Assembly (NCBI GenBank): GCA_039621445.1
Contig: CP154954.1
Location: forward strand, 33,395,455 to 33,459,454
Source of the DNA: Euglena gracilis
Taxonomy: Eukaryota
Length of the DNA stretch: 64,000 bases
Direction: 5' to 3'
The translations under genes and the position numbers were made by a program. Below the pieces are notes generated by a model. It worked only from the letters and a program-made list of their open reading frames with translations, did not search any database and was not told the DNA's origin. Positions 8,920 to 22,682 of the stretch are shown piece after piece (position 1 is the first letter of the stretch; every line of letters begins with the position of its first letter).

Positions 8920-11900
8920 CCCCTCCGCTGCTGGTGTGAGGATGGGCCACCGCTGTTGGGCACGATCTGTGGCACAACGCTGGAGGCCCACAGGGTGAGG
9001 GGAGCTCCACCCGTGAAACCTTCATGAAAACAGAAAAAAGTTTGGAGAGTTTCATTTTATTCACTGTCATGTGTGACACCGGTAATATTGATTGACGGGG
9101 GAAGAAGGGGAAGATGATGCAGCCTGTCACCGCTTGTCATATTCCACTGCGCAGTTGCACAAAATGACAAAATATTTGACAAACAAAAGTCTGTAATTGT
9201 TAAAATCTATATCTGTCAGTACCCCCCCCCCCAAATAACTGTGCCCTCTGCAAACTTAGTGGACGGATCTTTTTGGCCCGGACCCCTGCAAAGTTATTTG
9301 GGCAGCACCCAAAACCATTGATGCACCGATTCACCACACTTCTTTAAAGAAATTTGTCGTCATTTGTTCATTAATGTTTGTAACGCATGCTTCAATTCGT
9401 CAAATAATAAAGCATCAACGCCTTTCAGATAATTTTTTGTGCTTGCCACCTCCTGATTTCCCAAAAAGATGCATTGTTTTGCACTTTTTTCCTTCTAAAG
9501 GGGGCAGGGCAAAGTTATATGGACCGATCTTTTTCGGCTTTCTCCTGCAAAGTCATTCGGGATCGTAAAGCTTTAGGGCACTGCAACGTTATTTGGGGGG
9601 ATTTAATATTGTGCATCGCAAATCACATGGGCTGGGGGTGGGCTGTGGCATCCACCTTGCCTCCCCAGGCCACTTCCCGGCCGAGGCATGGCGCAACGCC
9701 TCGGTCGCCCTCCCGCGACCCCGGCGGCCGCACCGCGACGAAAGGCCCCGCCGGACCCCGGGCAGGACTGGCGGTGGCCTTGGCTTGCCGCCCCTGCCCC
9801 CTCCTCTCAGCCCTGCTGGGCACGTTGCAGCGTCGCCCCCAGCGAGCAAAGAGGCCGCCGCCAAACGGTGCCACCTTGCAGCGTTAGCCCCGAAGCTCCC
9901 CCCGAATAACAACCCCCAAATCAGAACCCCGTAAATGAGAACCCCTCATAATAGGAACCCCTGAAATGAGAATACTTCAAACAAACTGGAGAGGGGGTGC
10001 AGAACTGGAAAAATGAAAAGGTCAGACTTCAGCACAGCGTTCGGCGACACGGGACAGCGTTAAAAGCTAACTGCCAGTTGTGCCCCATGATGATTTTCAG
10101 GTCTCAAAAAACACACAGCAACGTAAACATCACACCATGTGATTTATGTTTCCTTTAAAAAGTTGTTTCAACTTGTGATTTTGCATAATTTTGTCGTCTC
10201 GACCAACTCGAATTTTTGTAATTGTTGTGCCCAACAGTGATAAGGTTGCCGAAAGTCCCGTTGTCCCCGATTTGTGCCGCCTGGGCAGGGGTTTTGGTTC
10301 TGGATATTGACACCCCTGGTTACCAGAGGGGGGGGATTGGAGTTGTACAAAAATTGGGATGGACAAAATTGACAAAGCGAAATCCTTCAAAGATTTTCCC
10401 ATGGCCAAAATCCTCCAAAGCTATCCGACACTTTTTTGAAAAATAATTTTCCCCCATTAATTAATTAAGCAAAGTTTGAACATTAATATTCATTGCTTTT
10501 TGTCCATAAATCTTCAAGGTTTTTATGTCCTTTTGGGAAGCCCTCCGAAATTTTCTATCAGATTTTGCCGAGACCTCCAGATATATTTTCTGCCATTTTG
10601 ACAGAACTGCCAATATTTTTCAGCCCCAATTTTCACTTAGCCAATTGTTTTTGAACCCATTAAACCTGTATTTTGCTGTTTGTATCCAAAAGCAGCACTT
10701 AACACACATTTGTTTATATTTTATTTGCTGATATTTTGACATTTTGACATTTATTTATACTTCAAAGGTGTAGTTTTGCAAACAGCACAATTGTGTAATC
10801 AAAGAAAATAAATATTTTGCAGGTCATTTTTGCTGTATGTATGGATGGGCCAAGCAAGCACTGCACTGGCTCTGTGCTTGCATATCAGCAGGGGGGGGTG
10901 CTGGATTGGGCTCCAGCCACGATAGCTTTGTGCGCTGATGGCAGCCAGACGGCTGAGTTGCTTTCCTCCCATTTGTATCATCCGTGTTGCCCAATCGCCT
11001 CTTTTTTTGCGCAGCACTGTGCTTCTTGGCTTCAGATTTAAGGCAGAAAGCCTGGCAGGTTTTAAAAAATGACGATTTCAAAGACACATTTTCAGGATCA
11101 TCATTGGATTTCAGGTGAAAAACTGACATAGCTGTCTGCAGACCCTCTCCACTCATATGCCGTCTCACCTCCTTGGGGGCACAGACAGGTGGAGCAAAAG
11201 CAGTATCGAACGGGAGGGGACTGAAATCAAACGAAGAATTATCTTTGTGACACTTTGCAATAAGCTTGATATTCCTAAACCCAATTGGATGCCCACTGGA
11301 TTTCATTTCGCAATTTGGACAACGCGAGGGCAAACCTGCTTGAAATCGCAGGTTGAGGGGTCAAACTCTGGCTCATCCGTCTCTTTTTGCGAACGTCGCT
11401 GCCGGGGGTTATATTTATGTGGGGCTGCTAGGTTTTTTTGGGGGGGAATCAAACCCCCAGCAGGGAAATGTGTTTCAAAACGTTTTCAAACTTCTTTATA
11501 GCAGCTTTTGCGGGGGGGCCTGTTTGAAGAGCGACAAAACTCGCGATCATCCCCCCCCAAATGTTTTTGTTTCCAATCGAAGCATTTGAGCTGCTCACAC
11601 ATTGTTCGGCCTCGCAATGTCCATTTTTGTGCACTCTCTCAACCCTAGCCCTTGACCATTTTGGAACTTGGGCTTCGGCACCCCTGGCTGCGGAGCTTGT
11701 GGCCTGGGCGCGTGGTGCGCCACAGGCCTTAAGTGGCAAGGTGGCCTGGCGTCTTTGGACGCCGATGAACGGCTACTCGATGAACCCTTGTGAAGTTGCA
11801 CCCTTTCCATCGTGACTCGCTTTCTCATACACTGTTGCGTCGCATGTTTCTCACTGTACTGAGCGTTGTTGAATGAAAAGCTGTGAGGAGGGCTTAATTT

Positions 11901-12019
11901 AAGAAAACCTGACCCGACCCCGTGGGGGGTCCAGCCAGCCAGTAGCCTTTTCCAGCCAGACTTTTCTGCCACTTACTGAAGGGAGTTGTTGCGGAATTGG
12001 CCCCCATGGCCACCACCTT

Positions 12020-12157
12020 GGCTTTGGTTGCATCTTCCCCACTTCTGGTCAAAATATGCCCAGGCCGGTGGCAGGTGAACTCGGACCTGGCTTTGGTTGC
12101 ATCTTCCCCACTTCTGGTCAAAATATGCCCAGGCCGCTGGCAGGTGGACTCGGACCC
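12020..12157. repeat. 69-bp tandem duplication abutting a DIRS terminus
   Basis: ggctttggttgcatcttcccc...actcggacc occurs twice with period 69. Confidence 0.9.
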
Positions 12158-12215
12158 CCACGACACAGGAAGGGGGAGGGAGGAAGAGACCAGGAGTGAA
12201 CAAGAAGATGGCGAG

Positions 12216-15200
12216 GACCATTCGGGCTCCGCACTGCGAGATGGTGAGGTCCTGCCTTCCTTGCCGGCTGTTCTGTTCTGGCGTGTTTGTGCGTGCGCGG
12301 GGGGTGCTTCTTACTGCTTTTTCTTTCCGGTGTTGGCTGACTCCTACTTCTGCCCTTCGACATCAAGGAGAAAGAATTTTGCTTCAACGAGTTCAAGGGG
12401 AATTTTACGAGGAGTACTACATTCACGAAGACCATCACTTTATCAACTGGCGGACCGGATTTTTTCGGGGCTCCAACTTCCTGGAGAATTCAACTCTTTG
12501 AGTTCAACTGGAATTATTCCCAAAGCATTGCACTTACTAAGACAAGATCATCAACTGGAGTTCTATGAAGAATGACTCTCAAAGAAAATCAGACTGCCAA
12601 GAAGAACTTCAAAGAACTTCCAAGAAGGCAGCTGAAGCTGGGGAAGGTGGGACACAGCAGCTGCTGCAGAAGCTCGAGAGGCGACAGCGCATCGTCAGTC
12701 CGTGGCTATCCCAACCCTCCCACCCCCCACCACATCAGAGTTTTCAAAATCCACCACTCTACATGAGAATGGCCATGGACCATGGAGAACTGTGGTCAGG
12801 AAGACAGAAGACAAGAAGACAGAGGGGATATACCATCACAGGTCCAACAAACTCCCCCCCTTTTCTATGCCCCCCCCCTTCCAGGGGACAAAGCAAGGGC
12901 TATGGCAGCCTTTCAACAAATATCAGAAACCCAAGGGATTCAAGTCGCCATCAAGGCTATGGCAGCCATCATCCAAAAGGACCTGGGGTCCAGAATCAAG
13001 GCTATGGCTGCCATCATTCAAGAGGGCAGTGGGCCCAGGGGCAAGGCTATGGCAGCCAGTACCCCAACCTGGGAAGATCCTGTTGGGCAAAGGTATGTCC
13101 AACTTTCCCCCCAGCAATTCAGACACAAACCCCGCAGGAGCAGCAAGCCAATGCCAAAAACTAGTGGCCTATGTGTGGAATCGAGAGGGACGGAGAAGAG
13201 ACAAAAGAAGTCCTGGAGAGAAGGCCAATGGAGCCAAAACAGGCCTGAGTGCCAATGGAGGCCAAATGGCCCAGAAGGCAAATGATGGCCAATACAATCA
13301 AGACACCACATCAGCCCTTGGGGGGGAGGCCCAAGATTGGCTCAGACAGGCACCCCCCCCAGAAGATAATCAGCCCAGTTTTATATGCACCTCCCCACTG
13401 CAGACACAGACCTTCTCCCATCATTCACAAACAGGGGGAGAGCCTGTCTTTGGAAAGCCCTATGGCAGGGCCAGCTGCAGCAGCCCCAGTGAGGGGGCAG
13501 CCAGGGGTGAACCCAGTGATGGGGCAGCCAGGGGGAAGGACCCCAGTGCTGGGGCCTGCGGAATCCCCGGACACATTACACCCAGGGCCCCCTTACAAAG
13601 CCCTGTCAGCATCCCCCATTGGGTCAAGGCAGGAGCCAGCAGAGAGGTATTAAACCTGATAAGGGGAGGGGTCGTGGCAGATCTTCCCCTCCCCCCTCAA
13701 ATGTCCTTAAAAGTTCCCTTCAAAACCCCCCAAGAGATAGTGACTGCCCAGAAAATTCTGAGAGAATACGAATGTGCAAAGGCAACCAGGCAAATCCCCC
13801 CAGAGGAGGCAAAATATTTTGTCCCTTACTTCATCATTTCCAAAAAAGAAGAGGAATAGACAAAGGAGAGACTGATTTCAGATTGTCGACAGTTAAATCT
13901 CCATTTCACCCCCCAGAAGTTCAGATTGGAACACATGGAAAACATCTTCCCATATCTAAGAAAGGGTTGGTTCTGTGGAAAACTAGATCTGAAGGATGCA
14001 TATTTTCACTTAAAAATGCACAGCAGTCTGGAAAAACATGTTTGCATGCAGGTGGGGGGGGGGAACGTGGCAATTTCAAGCTGCATGCTTTGGTATATGC
14101 AGCCTGCCACAAAAATTTATGACTCTCATGAGAGTCTGGGAAAGGAAATGGAGAAAGGAAGGAAAGGTAGTTTTCATCTACCTGGACGACATTTTGCTGT
14201 TAGCCCCCAGCAGAAAGACAGACACCCAACATTTGGCAAAAATAAAAAAAGATCTTTTACTGGCTGGTTTCAGAAAAAAACCTCCCCAAAACATGTCTGG
14301 AACCAACACGGGAAATAAAGCATAAAAACAGGCCCGCTGGAAATCCCACAGGAAATATTAAAATCCTTGAGAAAGGAATTAGGAAAGGTGCTGACAGCAC
14401 AAAAGATGAGCTGCAGAAAACTCAGCTCCATTGTAGGGCAAGTAAGAAGCAATGTAGTTTCAATGCCTTTTCTCAGAATTCTGACAGATCAACTTTGCAA
14501 AATGGTGGATTTGCACACCAAGTGGGGCTGGGACCACACCCTTACCATTCCCCAGGGGGTAAAAGATCAAATTGTGGAGTTAAAAGCGTATTTGCAGCCA
14601 GGTGTGGGCAGAGCATTTAGATCCCAGGCCTCTCAGGAACTGTTCTCAGACAGCAGCACCTGGCAGTGGGGGGGGGGGGCTGGACAAAAACTCAGGCCAA
14701 AAAGTGCAAGATTTTTGGAGGGACCTGCACATCCTTCACATCAACCAAAAAGCGTTGATGTCAGCAGTGGAGACAGTAAAAAGTCTAGCCAAGCCAAAAC
14801 AAACAATTGTGCTTCATGTGGACAGCCAGGTGGCTGTAAGTTATTTAACAAAATGGGGAGGCAGAAAGCCCTACCAAAAATCCATCTTAAAACCCCTGCT
14901 GTATGATTGCCAAGAAAAGCAAATCAATTTGCAGGTGGTTTGGGTTCCTACAAAGAAGCAGTAGGCAGACTCATTGACCAGGGAGCAAAAGGACCCAGGG
15001 GATTATACCCTAAACCTAAACATCTTTCACCAAGTTCTTCAATTTTTGAGGGAAAACATAACCCCAGAGGTGGACATCTTCTGCACACCCAGCAACAAAA
15101 AACTCCCCAAGTTTGTTTGTCGATACCCCCGCCAAGGGGCCTTGCTGATGGATGCCTTGAAGGCAGATTTGAAGGGTCTCTCCCCAGTTTATGCCAACCA

Positions 15201-16672
15201 TCCTTGGAGCATCATCCCCCAGTGGGTTCAGAGATTAATGTTTAACCCAGACCTGACTTGTCTGTTGATCGTACCCCACTGGGCTTCGATATCATGGTGG
15301 CGCTAATTAATGTCAATCAGGCAGCCAGGCAGCAAAGTTGCGTTTGTACCCCCCCAACGGGGTCTGTTCACCAACTGCTGGGGGGAGGAGATCCCCCCCC
15401 CAAGGTGGAATTTGGCCTGGTTGATTGTGTCAGGCAAATATTACAATCCCAGGAAATTTCGATGTCCAGTATCGATAATCACATAAAAAATCTGGGAAAT
15501 GTCAAGAGATATGACCCAGCCTTCAGGACATTGGTGGGCCAATTGTTGCACAAAGGGGTGCCCCTGCAGAATTGCACAGTCCACAAGATTGCCGAGGCCA
15601 TCCTAGATCTCGCTGCCCACAGCCTCAACACTGCACGAAATGCATGTGCAGCAGTTTTATTACTCCCAGGGTTTGGGTTATTGAGGTTTTCCCCTCTTTT
15701 GTCTCCATTGAAAAGGAAATGTAATTCCAATGTCTGCAAGTATGCCCATTTTTGGGACCCCACTGATTTCTTAGAAGACATCATCAGGAAATCCAAACCC
15801 CTCTCACACCCATCTTGTGAAAGAGCTCAGAAACAGACTCATCATCTGTTGGAGGCTTTTGGCCATCCACAGGGGGGTTGGTTTAGCCAGGACACGCAGA
15901 AAATCAGTTTCGTGGGAGAAAAAATTCATTTTATTGCAAAGGAAAGGGTGGCAATTCCCAAGATGGGAGGAAGTTTTGAATTTTGCACCCCCCCCTCATA
16001 AGCCCCTGGCATTTATTGAAGGAGTATGTGAAAAGGACAGCCCACATGGTTGGGCACAACATAATTTGTTATGGTCTTTGGATGGTAAAAGACCTTTGAC
16101 GTCGGAAAGAGTGAATTCCTTACCAGAGAAATTCTGCAAGAGGGTGGGGGGTGGACACCACCCACTGGAAACCCCACAGCACCAGAGGGGCTGGAGTTTT
16201 ATGGTGGAAAAATGCTGGTTTGCCAGCGGAAGAAGTCCAGCAGCTGGGTCACTGGAAAAAAGTTGGGGCCTTCCAAGTTCATTACTTGCAACTGGGTGTC
16301 GTTTCAAAAATTCAAAATGTTATGGCCCAAAGGGGGGTGCACAGTACCTCACCATCTCGCAGTGCGGAGCCCGAATGGTCTCGGACTCCCACGACAGAGG
16401 AAGGGGGAGGAAGGGACCAAGAGGGCGAAGCACAAGAAGATGGTGAGCCCAACCCCCCCCCCCCACCTAAAAAATCAGCAGAAAAAGAAAAACATCCCAA
16501 CCAGAAAGGGGACCCCCTACCAAGAAGCCCCACCAAACCACCCAGAAACACACCAGAAAGAAACAACCATCCCCAGCGAGGGGGGGGCCACCAAGCGACC
16601 ATGGGAAAGGGGGGGGGCGGGGCCACGAGCACGGGCCACGGGCATTTCTGGCCTGTGTGGGGGACACTCTGA
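12216..16672 (+). mobile_element. DIRS1-type retrotransposon, family 2, frameshifted pseudo-copy
   Basis: The left end gaccattcgggctccgcactgcgagatggtgagg is complementary to the ICR at 16346-16447. Fragments include DLKDAYFH, YLDD, FSDSS, VDIFC..YANHPW (MT) and HSTRGAG..HY (YR), split over several frames. Confidence 0.92.
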
Positions 16673-16676
16673 ACAA

Positions 16677-17210
16677 TTACACAACAGCACCAGGAATTAA
16701 AGTGGATGATGCCTGGTGGGGTGACACCCCTTGCTGGAGGACGTTACAGAGATGTGTAAAGCCCCTCTCATATCTCGTCAGCATGGGATTCCTCCTTAAA
16801 AAGTCATCAATGGATGCAGGTTGAATTTCTCTCCCCTGAAAACTTGACCTGAGCAGATGAGGCAAGTGGGGGGCCACCTTGACACCTGTCCGCCGGTTCT
16901 GTTGGCGCAGGTTTTTTCTCCTTTCCCTTGCGCTTTGGGTACCAATTTTTTTTCTTTCCGGGCATGGCACTAACACCAAGGACAGAGGAAATGTGGAACC
17001 GCAACGTGCAACAATCACATAATAACACCACAGGCACCAGTAAAATCTGATGCTAAACTCCTCGACTGGGGGGAGGCCGGAGCACACACACCAGAAGAAG
17101 CGTGTGCGCAGCCTGAAGCAGGACCTGGGCGCAATGTTTTGTCAATTAGGACTGAGCGCACCTGCTGAAATCTGGCGCCTGGCAGATCCTTGTGTCATTT
17201 TCACTGGCGA
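16677..17210 (-). pseudogene. Degraded DIRS MT/YR fragment
   Basis: IDDFLRRNPMLTRYERGF resembles the YR N-terminus. A related copy lies at ~19490-19960. Confidence 0.6.
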
Positions 17211-19163
17211 CATTTGCAGGCGACATGAGACATTTGCAGGTAAGGCGGCCCCGATTTGTCCATTGAATTGATCAGGAGTTTCCCCTTGGTTGACTGAAAG
17301 GCTGGGTGTGAGTTACGACCCCCTGGTCTGGGTTCAGATTTATGATTTTGCTGTGTGCTGGGCAATTTTTAAACGATTCACTGTGCAGCCTGAACGCACC
17401 TCGGGCACCATCCGTACAGGAGGCGTCCCGTCCGTTCCCCCCGGAGTTCGAAGCTCGCCCCCGGGGGGAGGGCGTTCGTTCCCCCCGGGGGTCGAAAATT
17501 GTCCCAGGGGGGGGGCTGTACTCACACCTGGGGTGGGTCAAACTCACATCGTCGGGGGTGCCCCCGTCCCCAACCGTCCCTTCCGAGGGGTCAAAACTGC
17601 CCACCGGGGGGCGGGTAAGAAACCGAACGATTCAGAATGCCACGCAAAAATAGGAAATGAATCTGGTCCAAAGCGAATAATGGGTCGGGTGCGAGAGATA
17701 AGGTTCAGTTGTCGAAGGCCACCACCGCCTTGCCCCTCGGATGGTCGAGACTCGTCCCGGGCCGGGGGGGTATCTCCAATCTCCCCTCGGAAACTTTGAA
17801 AATTCCATGGTTCGGAGTTCACATATGGGGGAAGAATGAAAGAAGAACAATTAACAAAATTCACAACGAAATTGCCCCGGTGTCGAAATACAAACTGGGG
17901 AGAAACTCTAAAAGAGAAAAATGTTCCACAGGCAGAAACCAAACGCTGGGGTCGAAACTCTCACAGGGCTGTCCCAAAAAATATCTCTCATGACCACGAC
18001 TCTCATCACCACCCTGGGGCCTCGACACAATCAGGGCAAAAATCAGATCTGAGGTATCTGAGAAGAACAATTCCCGTTCCACTTTCCACTAACAACCACC
18101 ATGTCTCGACAATTACGGTGGGGAAGTTGTTCGGGCGTACAGCCCGTATCCTGGACCATCACATCGACTCACCATTGCCAAGTTCGTCGTCAGCCCAGGG
18201 GGGGGCCATGAAGGTAGAACCCTCCTTTGGCACTGGGACACTGGTAATTTCCTCTGGACAAACCGGGAGGGGCCGTGACATACGGTCCCGAAGCAAACAC
18301 CAAACTGTTCAATGGAACAGGTGGACGGGCCGAAACTAACACGCCCAACCGCAAATCTCACCGTGTGCGAGACCCGCACATGGATATCTCCCCACTGGTT
18401 ATCCCCTTAAAACTCTTCAGGTGAAACCACCTGGACAGCACTATTCGCCCCGCCCAGTCCCGTCTTTTCGACTCGGGTTGAAGCCCCTTTCGTTTTCTTC
18501 TGCAACCTAAACACACTCATCACACCCATGACCCTCTGGGAATGCACGACCCTCTGGGCATGGTCTCCCGGCCTTATGTGGCCCGGTGGTGCTCGAGCCT
18601 TGCTCGTCTGCGTCTCCGCTTCTCCGTCCCCGTCAATGGTCTCGCCGCCGCCACGGCCTCGACCGCGAAGGAGAACTACTAGTTGGCCCGCCTAGAGGTC
18701 TCAAGGCTTGCGTCGATATACGTGGTGCCTTCTCTTCTGGCTTCCCCTGAGAAATTGTACTGGGCTTTGGCGGCCCCTGGGGTTGCAAGCCCCATCATGG
18801 CCTGCACCGAAAACTCCCGGGCCGGAACACGCGGGGTTTCAGTCCCTGGCTATGTGGTTTGCTGGCCACCTTCACGATGTTAGCCATGATGGCAGCATAT
18901 GGGTCCACAGTGGCGGTGATGGGGTTGCTTTCCTTGATCTCCACCGGGTTTGGGCGCGAACAGAGAAGATCAGCCCAGCAAAAGCCATCACAATGGGCCG
19001 ATCTTTGGAATACTTCAACAGAACAGCCTTCAAAACCACCATCATCCACATCACCAATCTGGCCATGGGAGTCTCCGGTGTCCTTTCGTAGTCCCTCATC
19101 CAGCATGCCATCAATGGGAATGATGCCAGGTTCCGGCATGCCAGGGGATGCAATGATGCAGGA

Positions 19164-19313
19164 ATCACCAGTGACGGAATGTGTCATCAAACGATCACCA
19201 ATGACAGAATGTTTCACAAACCATCACCAATGACGGAATGTGTCATCAAACCATCACCAATGACGGAAAGTGTCATCAAGCTATCACCAATGACTCATTG
19301 AGTCATCAAATCC
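19164..19313. repeat. About 5 copies of a 30-bp minisatellite
   Basis: Consensus atcaccaatgacggaatgtgtcatcaaacc, with an internal tgac..gtca dyad. Confidence 0.9.
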
Positions 19314-19409
19314 ATGTTTGCAGCTGTACAATAACCCGCTGGCTCCAATCCAACTTGCACATTCCCAGACTGAACATGGCTGGACTGGGCGTTTGTGTCC
19401 AACTGGCTA

Positions 19410-20910
19410 CCTAGGGCCTTATTTCCACACATGGCACCTGTTTCAGTGTCAGTGTTGGATCAACAACTATGAGACAATTGTGAAACCTGTCTGCCACTTC
19501 TGTTGGTGCAGGGTTTTTCCTCTTTCCCTTGCGCTTTGGGTACCAATTTTTCCTCTTCCCGGGCATGGCACCAACACCAACGGCAGGGAACGGCAGGGGA
19601 AATGTGGAACCGCAACGTGGAAAATTCACAGAATTACACCACAGATACCAGTAAAATCTGATGCAAAACTGCTCGACTGGGGGGGCGGAGCACACACACC
19701 AAAAGAAGCCTGCCCACAGCCAAATTACAAATCGGAACCCAGGCCAGGGGGTCGCAACTCACACTTAGCCTTTCTGTCAACCAAGGGGGAACTCCTGGTC
19801 AACTCAATGGACAAATGGGGTCCGCCTTCCCTGCAATTGTCTAATGAGGGTTGCCAGTGAAAATGACACAAAAAGCTGCCAGGCGCCAGATGTCAGCGCC
19901 TGTGCTCAGTCCTAATTGACAAAGAATTGCGCCCAGGTCCTGTTTCAGGGTGCGCACAACCTGGGGGGTGGTATTTTTATTTCCAACAGCTTTGGAACAT
20001 CCCTTCGTAGAGGTGTAACATGACACAGGTCTGTGTGGGGCCTTGAGCTTTCCTCAATCGGGCCACCAGGGTGCTGAAGCCCAGAAGTTAACTTTTTTCT
20101 TGGGAAAAATGCGGCCAGACGTTTTTGAATGATGGACCAGGGCCGTCTGCTGAGTGGATCTGCCAGTCATTTGCTGGGGGGGGACCCATTTCACCTTCAG
20201 TGTGACATTGTTTTGGACCAATCAATGAAAAAATGGTTGCACAACGTTTATCTTAAAAGTGGCAGCTTGGTACTCCCAGACAGGTCTGGTACTCCCAGAC
20301 CTGGTCACCTGCCCTGTGCCTTAAATTAGGCTTTAGGGTCTCGTGCAGGGTTAGATGAAAATGGGCATTTTTTAAATCTATTTTTCCCACCCAGTGACTT
20401 TTTTGGAGGAGAGGGTAGATGCCTTGCATGTGATGCAAGGTAACTTTTTACCTGGAAGAAGGGATTTTTTTCCCTGCAGTCTGAAATAAATCGCCATTTT
20501 AATTCCCCTGACGGTTCCTCTTTTGAAACAAGGAACCAGGGGAGCAGATGGGCTGTGCCATCTGCCTCCACCTCTTTAGAAGCCCTTCTCCAGGATTTTT
20601 TGGCTTGCTCCAAACTTGAGTCTTGTCTGCCTGTCACAGACAGACTGGTGGGCTGATGCCACTGGGGTGTGATCACCTCCCTGATCAATGTCACATGGTG
20701 AGGACTGGTATGCTTTTCACACCATGGCTGACAGAGTCTCAATCTCTGGGGCAGGGGTGTGTTCCCCAGGTCCTCTCTGCCAGATTCATCATTTCCTCCA
20801 CTGAAATGCTGGGGGGGGGGGTGCAAGAATGTCGGGTGTGCCCAGACCTGGGATCCAATTGGCCTGTGGGGGTGGCCAGGCACCTGTCGGTCCTGCAATT
20901 GGGGCCCTTG
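19410..20910 (-). pseudogene. Degraded DIRS RT and downstream fragments
   Basis: PWFLVSKEEPSGELKWRFISDCRE and HWVGKIDLKNAHFH. Confidence 0.75.
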
Positions 20911-22682
20911 TGAGTCACTGGTCCTGGCAATCGTAATTACTCCCAGTGGCATTCCCTAATTCAAAAAAGTGAATCCTAATTGCAGTTCATTTCTTCTGCT
21001 TCTGTGTAGCTGGCAACAAACGTGCACTGTTTACCTGGGCTTACCTGGATGTCTTTGGACTTATCAGGAAGTTCACTCTGATTGGGAATTTTGCCTGCAG
21101 CTGGTCAAGTCAAGAAAAGTTGCAAGTTGGAAACTGCTGGAAGCATGCAAAGGGCACCAGGGGTAAAACACATAAACAGTGCGTCAGATTGCGCCCGGTA
21201 TCGAGAGTCTGAGCCCGAGAAGAAGGACACTCTGAAGGTGCCCCCTGTGCCCAAGTGTGTGCAAGCCAACAGAGATTGCAATGTGAGATTGAAGATGCTG
21301 AATGACATCTATCTGAGATTGAAACTTCCACCAGATGTGAGTGCTGAGATTCATGTCTTTGGGGAAGAAGAGATGGAAGGAAGTCATGCTTTCCCTGCAG
21401 AAGTATGTCAAAGATTTGAAGATCATGTTGTCATCCTGCTGGTCGAAGACAAGCCACAATCAAGTCTTTGGTCAGCTGTGTGGTCCAGAGGTCACAGATG
21501 GTATTTTTTATCCGCCAGAGTCTCGACTATTTGAAGGAGATGGGTCCAGAAGTTTTTGGGCAGTTCTGATAGGACCGGAGGTCCAGATGAAGGAGGAGTT
21601 TATCAAGCCAGATCACTGTTATTCGATTGCTGCGATGGATGACAAGGTCAGACGCACAAGTGGTTTAAGGAGGAGATGGCGAGCAAGGCAGCTGAAGCGT
21701 AATTTTGGTGATTCTGGGCATGGAGCCTCCTCTGCGAAGGATGGCCAGCCTGGAAATGTCAGACAGTGTGCCTCTTCTGGTGCTGGCCCATCTGACATGT
21801 GATTCTGTAAGTTGGACAGGGATCCTCTTCTGCCAGGATTGCCCATCCATACTTGTTTTCGGGTGTTGTTTGTGCGCCTCTAATGGGGATGGCCCGACAG
21901 CAATGGATGTGACCAGTGTGCCCCTCAAGGTTGGTGGCCCAGTCCTCCCTTTTTGGCATTGACGTTGGGGTTTGGTGACTTGTGAGCCCCCTGGCATGGG
22001 GTGGCCCAGCCCCCCCCCTCGATCTGGCTGCCACCAGCGCGCCTCTCCAGTGTGGGATGGGCCAGTGACGTGATCATCGCCTGAAGCCGGGATTTTAATT
22101 CGTTCCGACATCACTGTGCGACTCTGAGACTGATGGCCCGTGATTGCTTCGTGCTGTGCTTGGCTTGCAAAATTTTATGATTTCAAATACCTGGACTCGC
22201 CCAACGGTGAAGAGCTTTTGGGTTTGCAGTTCGCCTTGGTGAAGAACCGTGGACATTGGGGTCGTGTTTTTCGACAATTGTTCGAATTGTAATTACGGAT
22301 CGTGTGACATTTCGCTGTACGGCGGTCCTTGCTCCAATTTTTGGAGGGGCTTTGCCAGGACCTGTTCCTAAAAATTGAGGCGAGAGAAAATTGCATGCAA
22401 TTTTTCCGAGGAGGGGTGTGTGAGTCACTGGTCCTGGCAATTGTAATTACTCCCAGTGGCATTCCCTAATTCAAAAAAGTGAATCCTAATTGCAGTTCAT
22501 TTCTTCTGTTTCTGTGTAGCTGGCAACAAACGCGCACTGTTTACCTGGGCTTACCTGGATGTCTTTGGACTTATCAGGAAGTGCACTCTGATTGGGAATT
22601 TTGCCTGCAGCTGGTCAAGTCAAGAAAAGTTGCAAGTTGGAAACTGCTGGAAGCATGCAAAGGGCACCAGGGGTAAAACACA
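20909..22682. repeat. Pair of ~265-bp near-identical direct repeats (~20909-21172 and ~22419-22682)
   Basis: tgtgagtcactggtcctggcaat...gggtaaaacaca is repeated 1510 bp apart. Confidence 0.9.

Noticed and set aside
11580-11990. Further YR/DIRS remnant
   Set aside because: There is only a short ggacattgcgaggcc resemblance to the ITR and no catalytic motifs.
17760-18170. SET-domain-like words on the minus strand (GYGLYART, NFVNCS)
   Set aside because: They are in different frames, too short and interrupted, and cannot be supported without a profile search.
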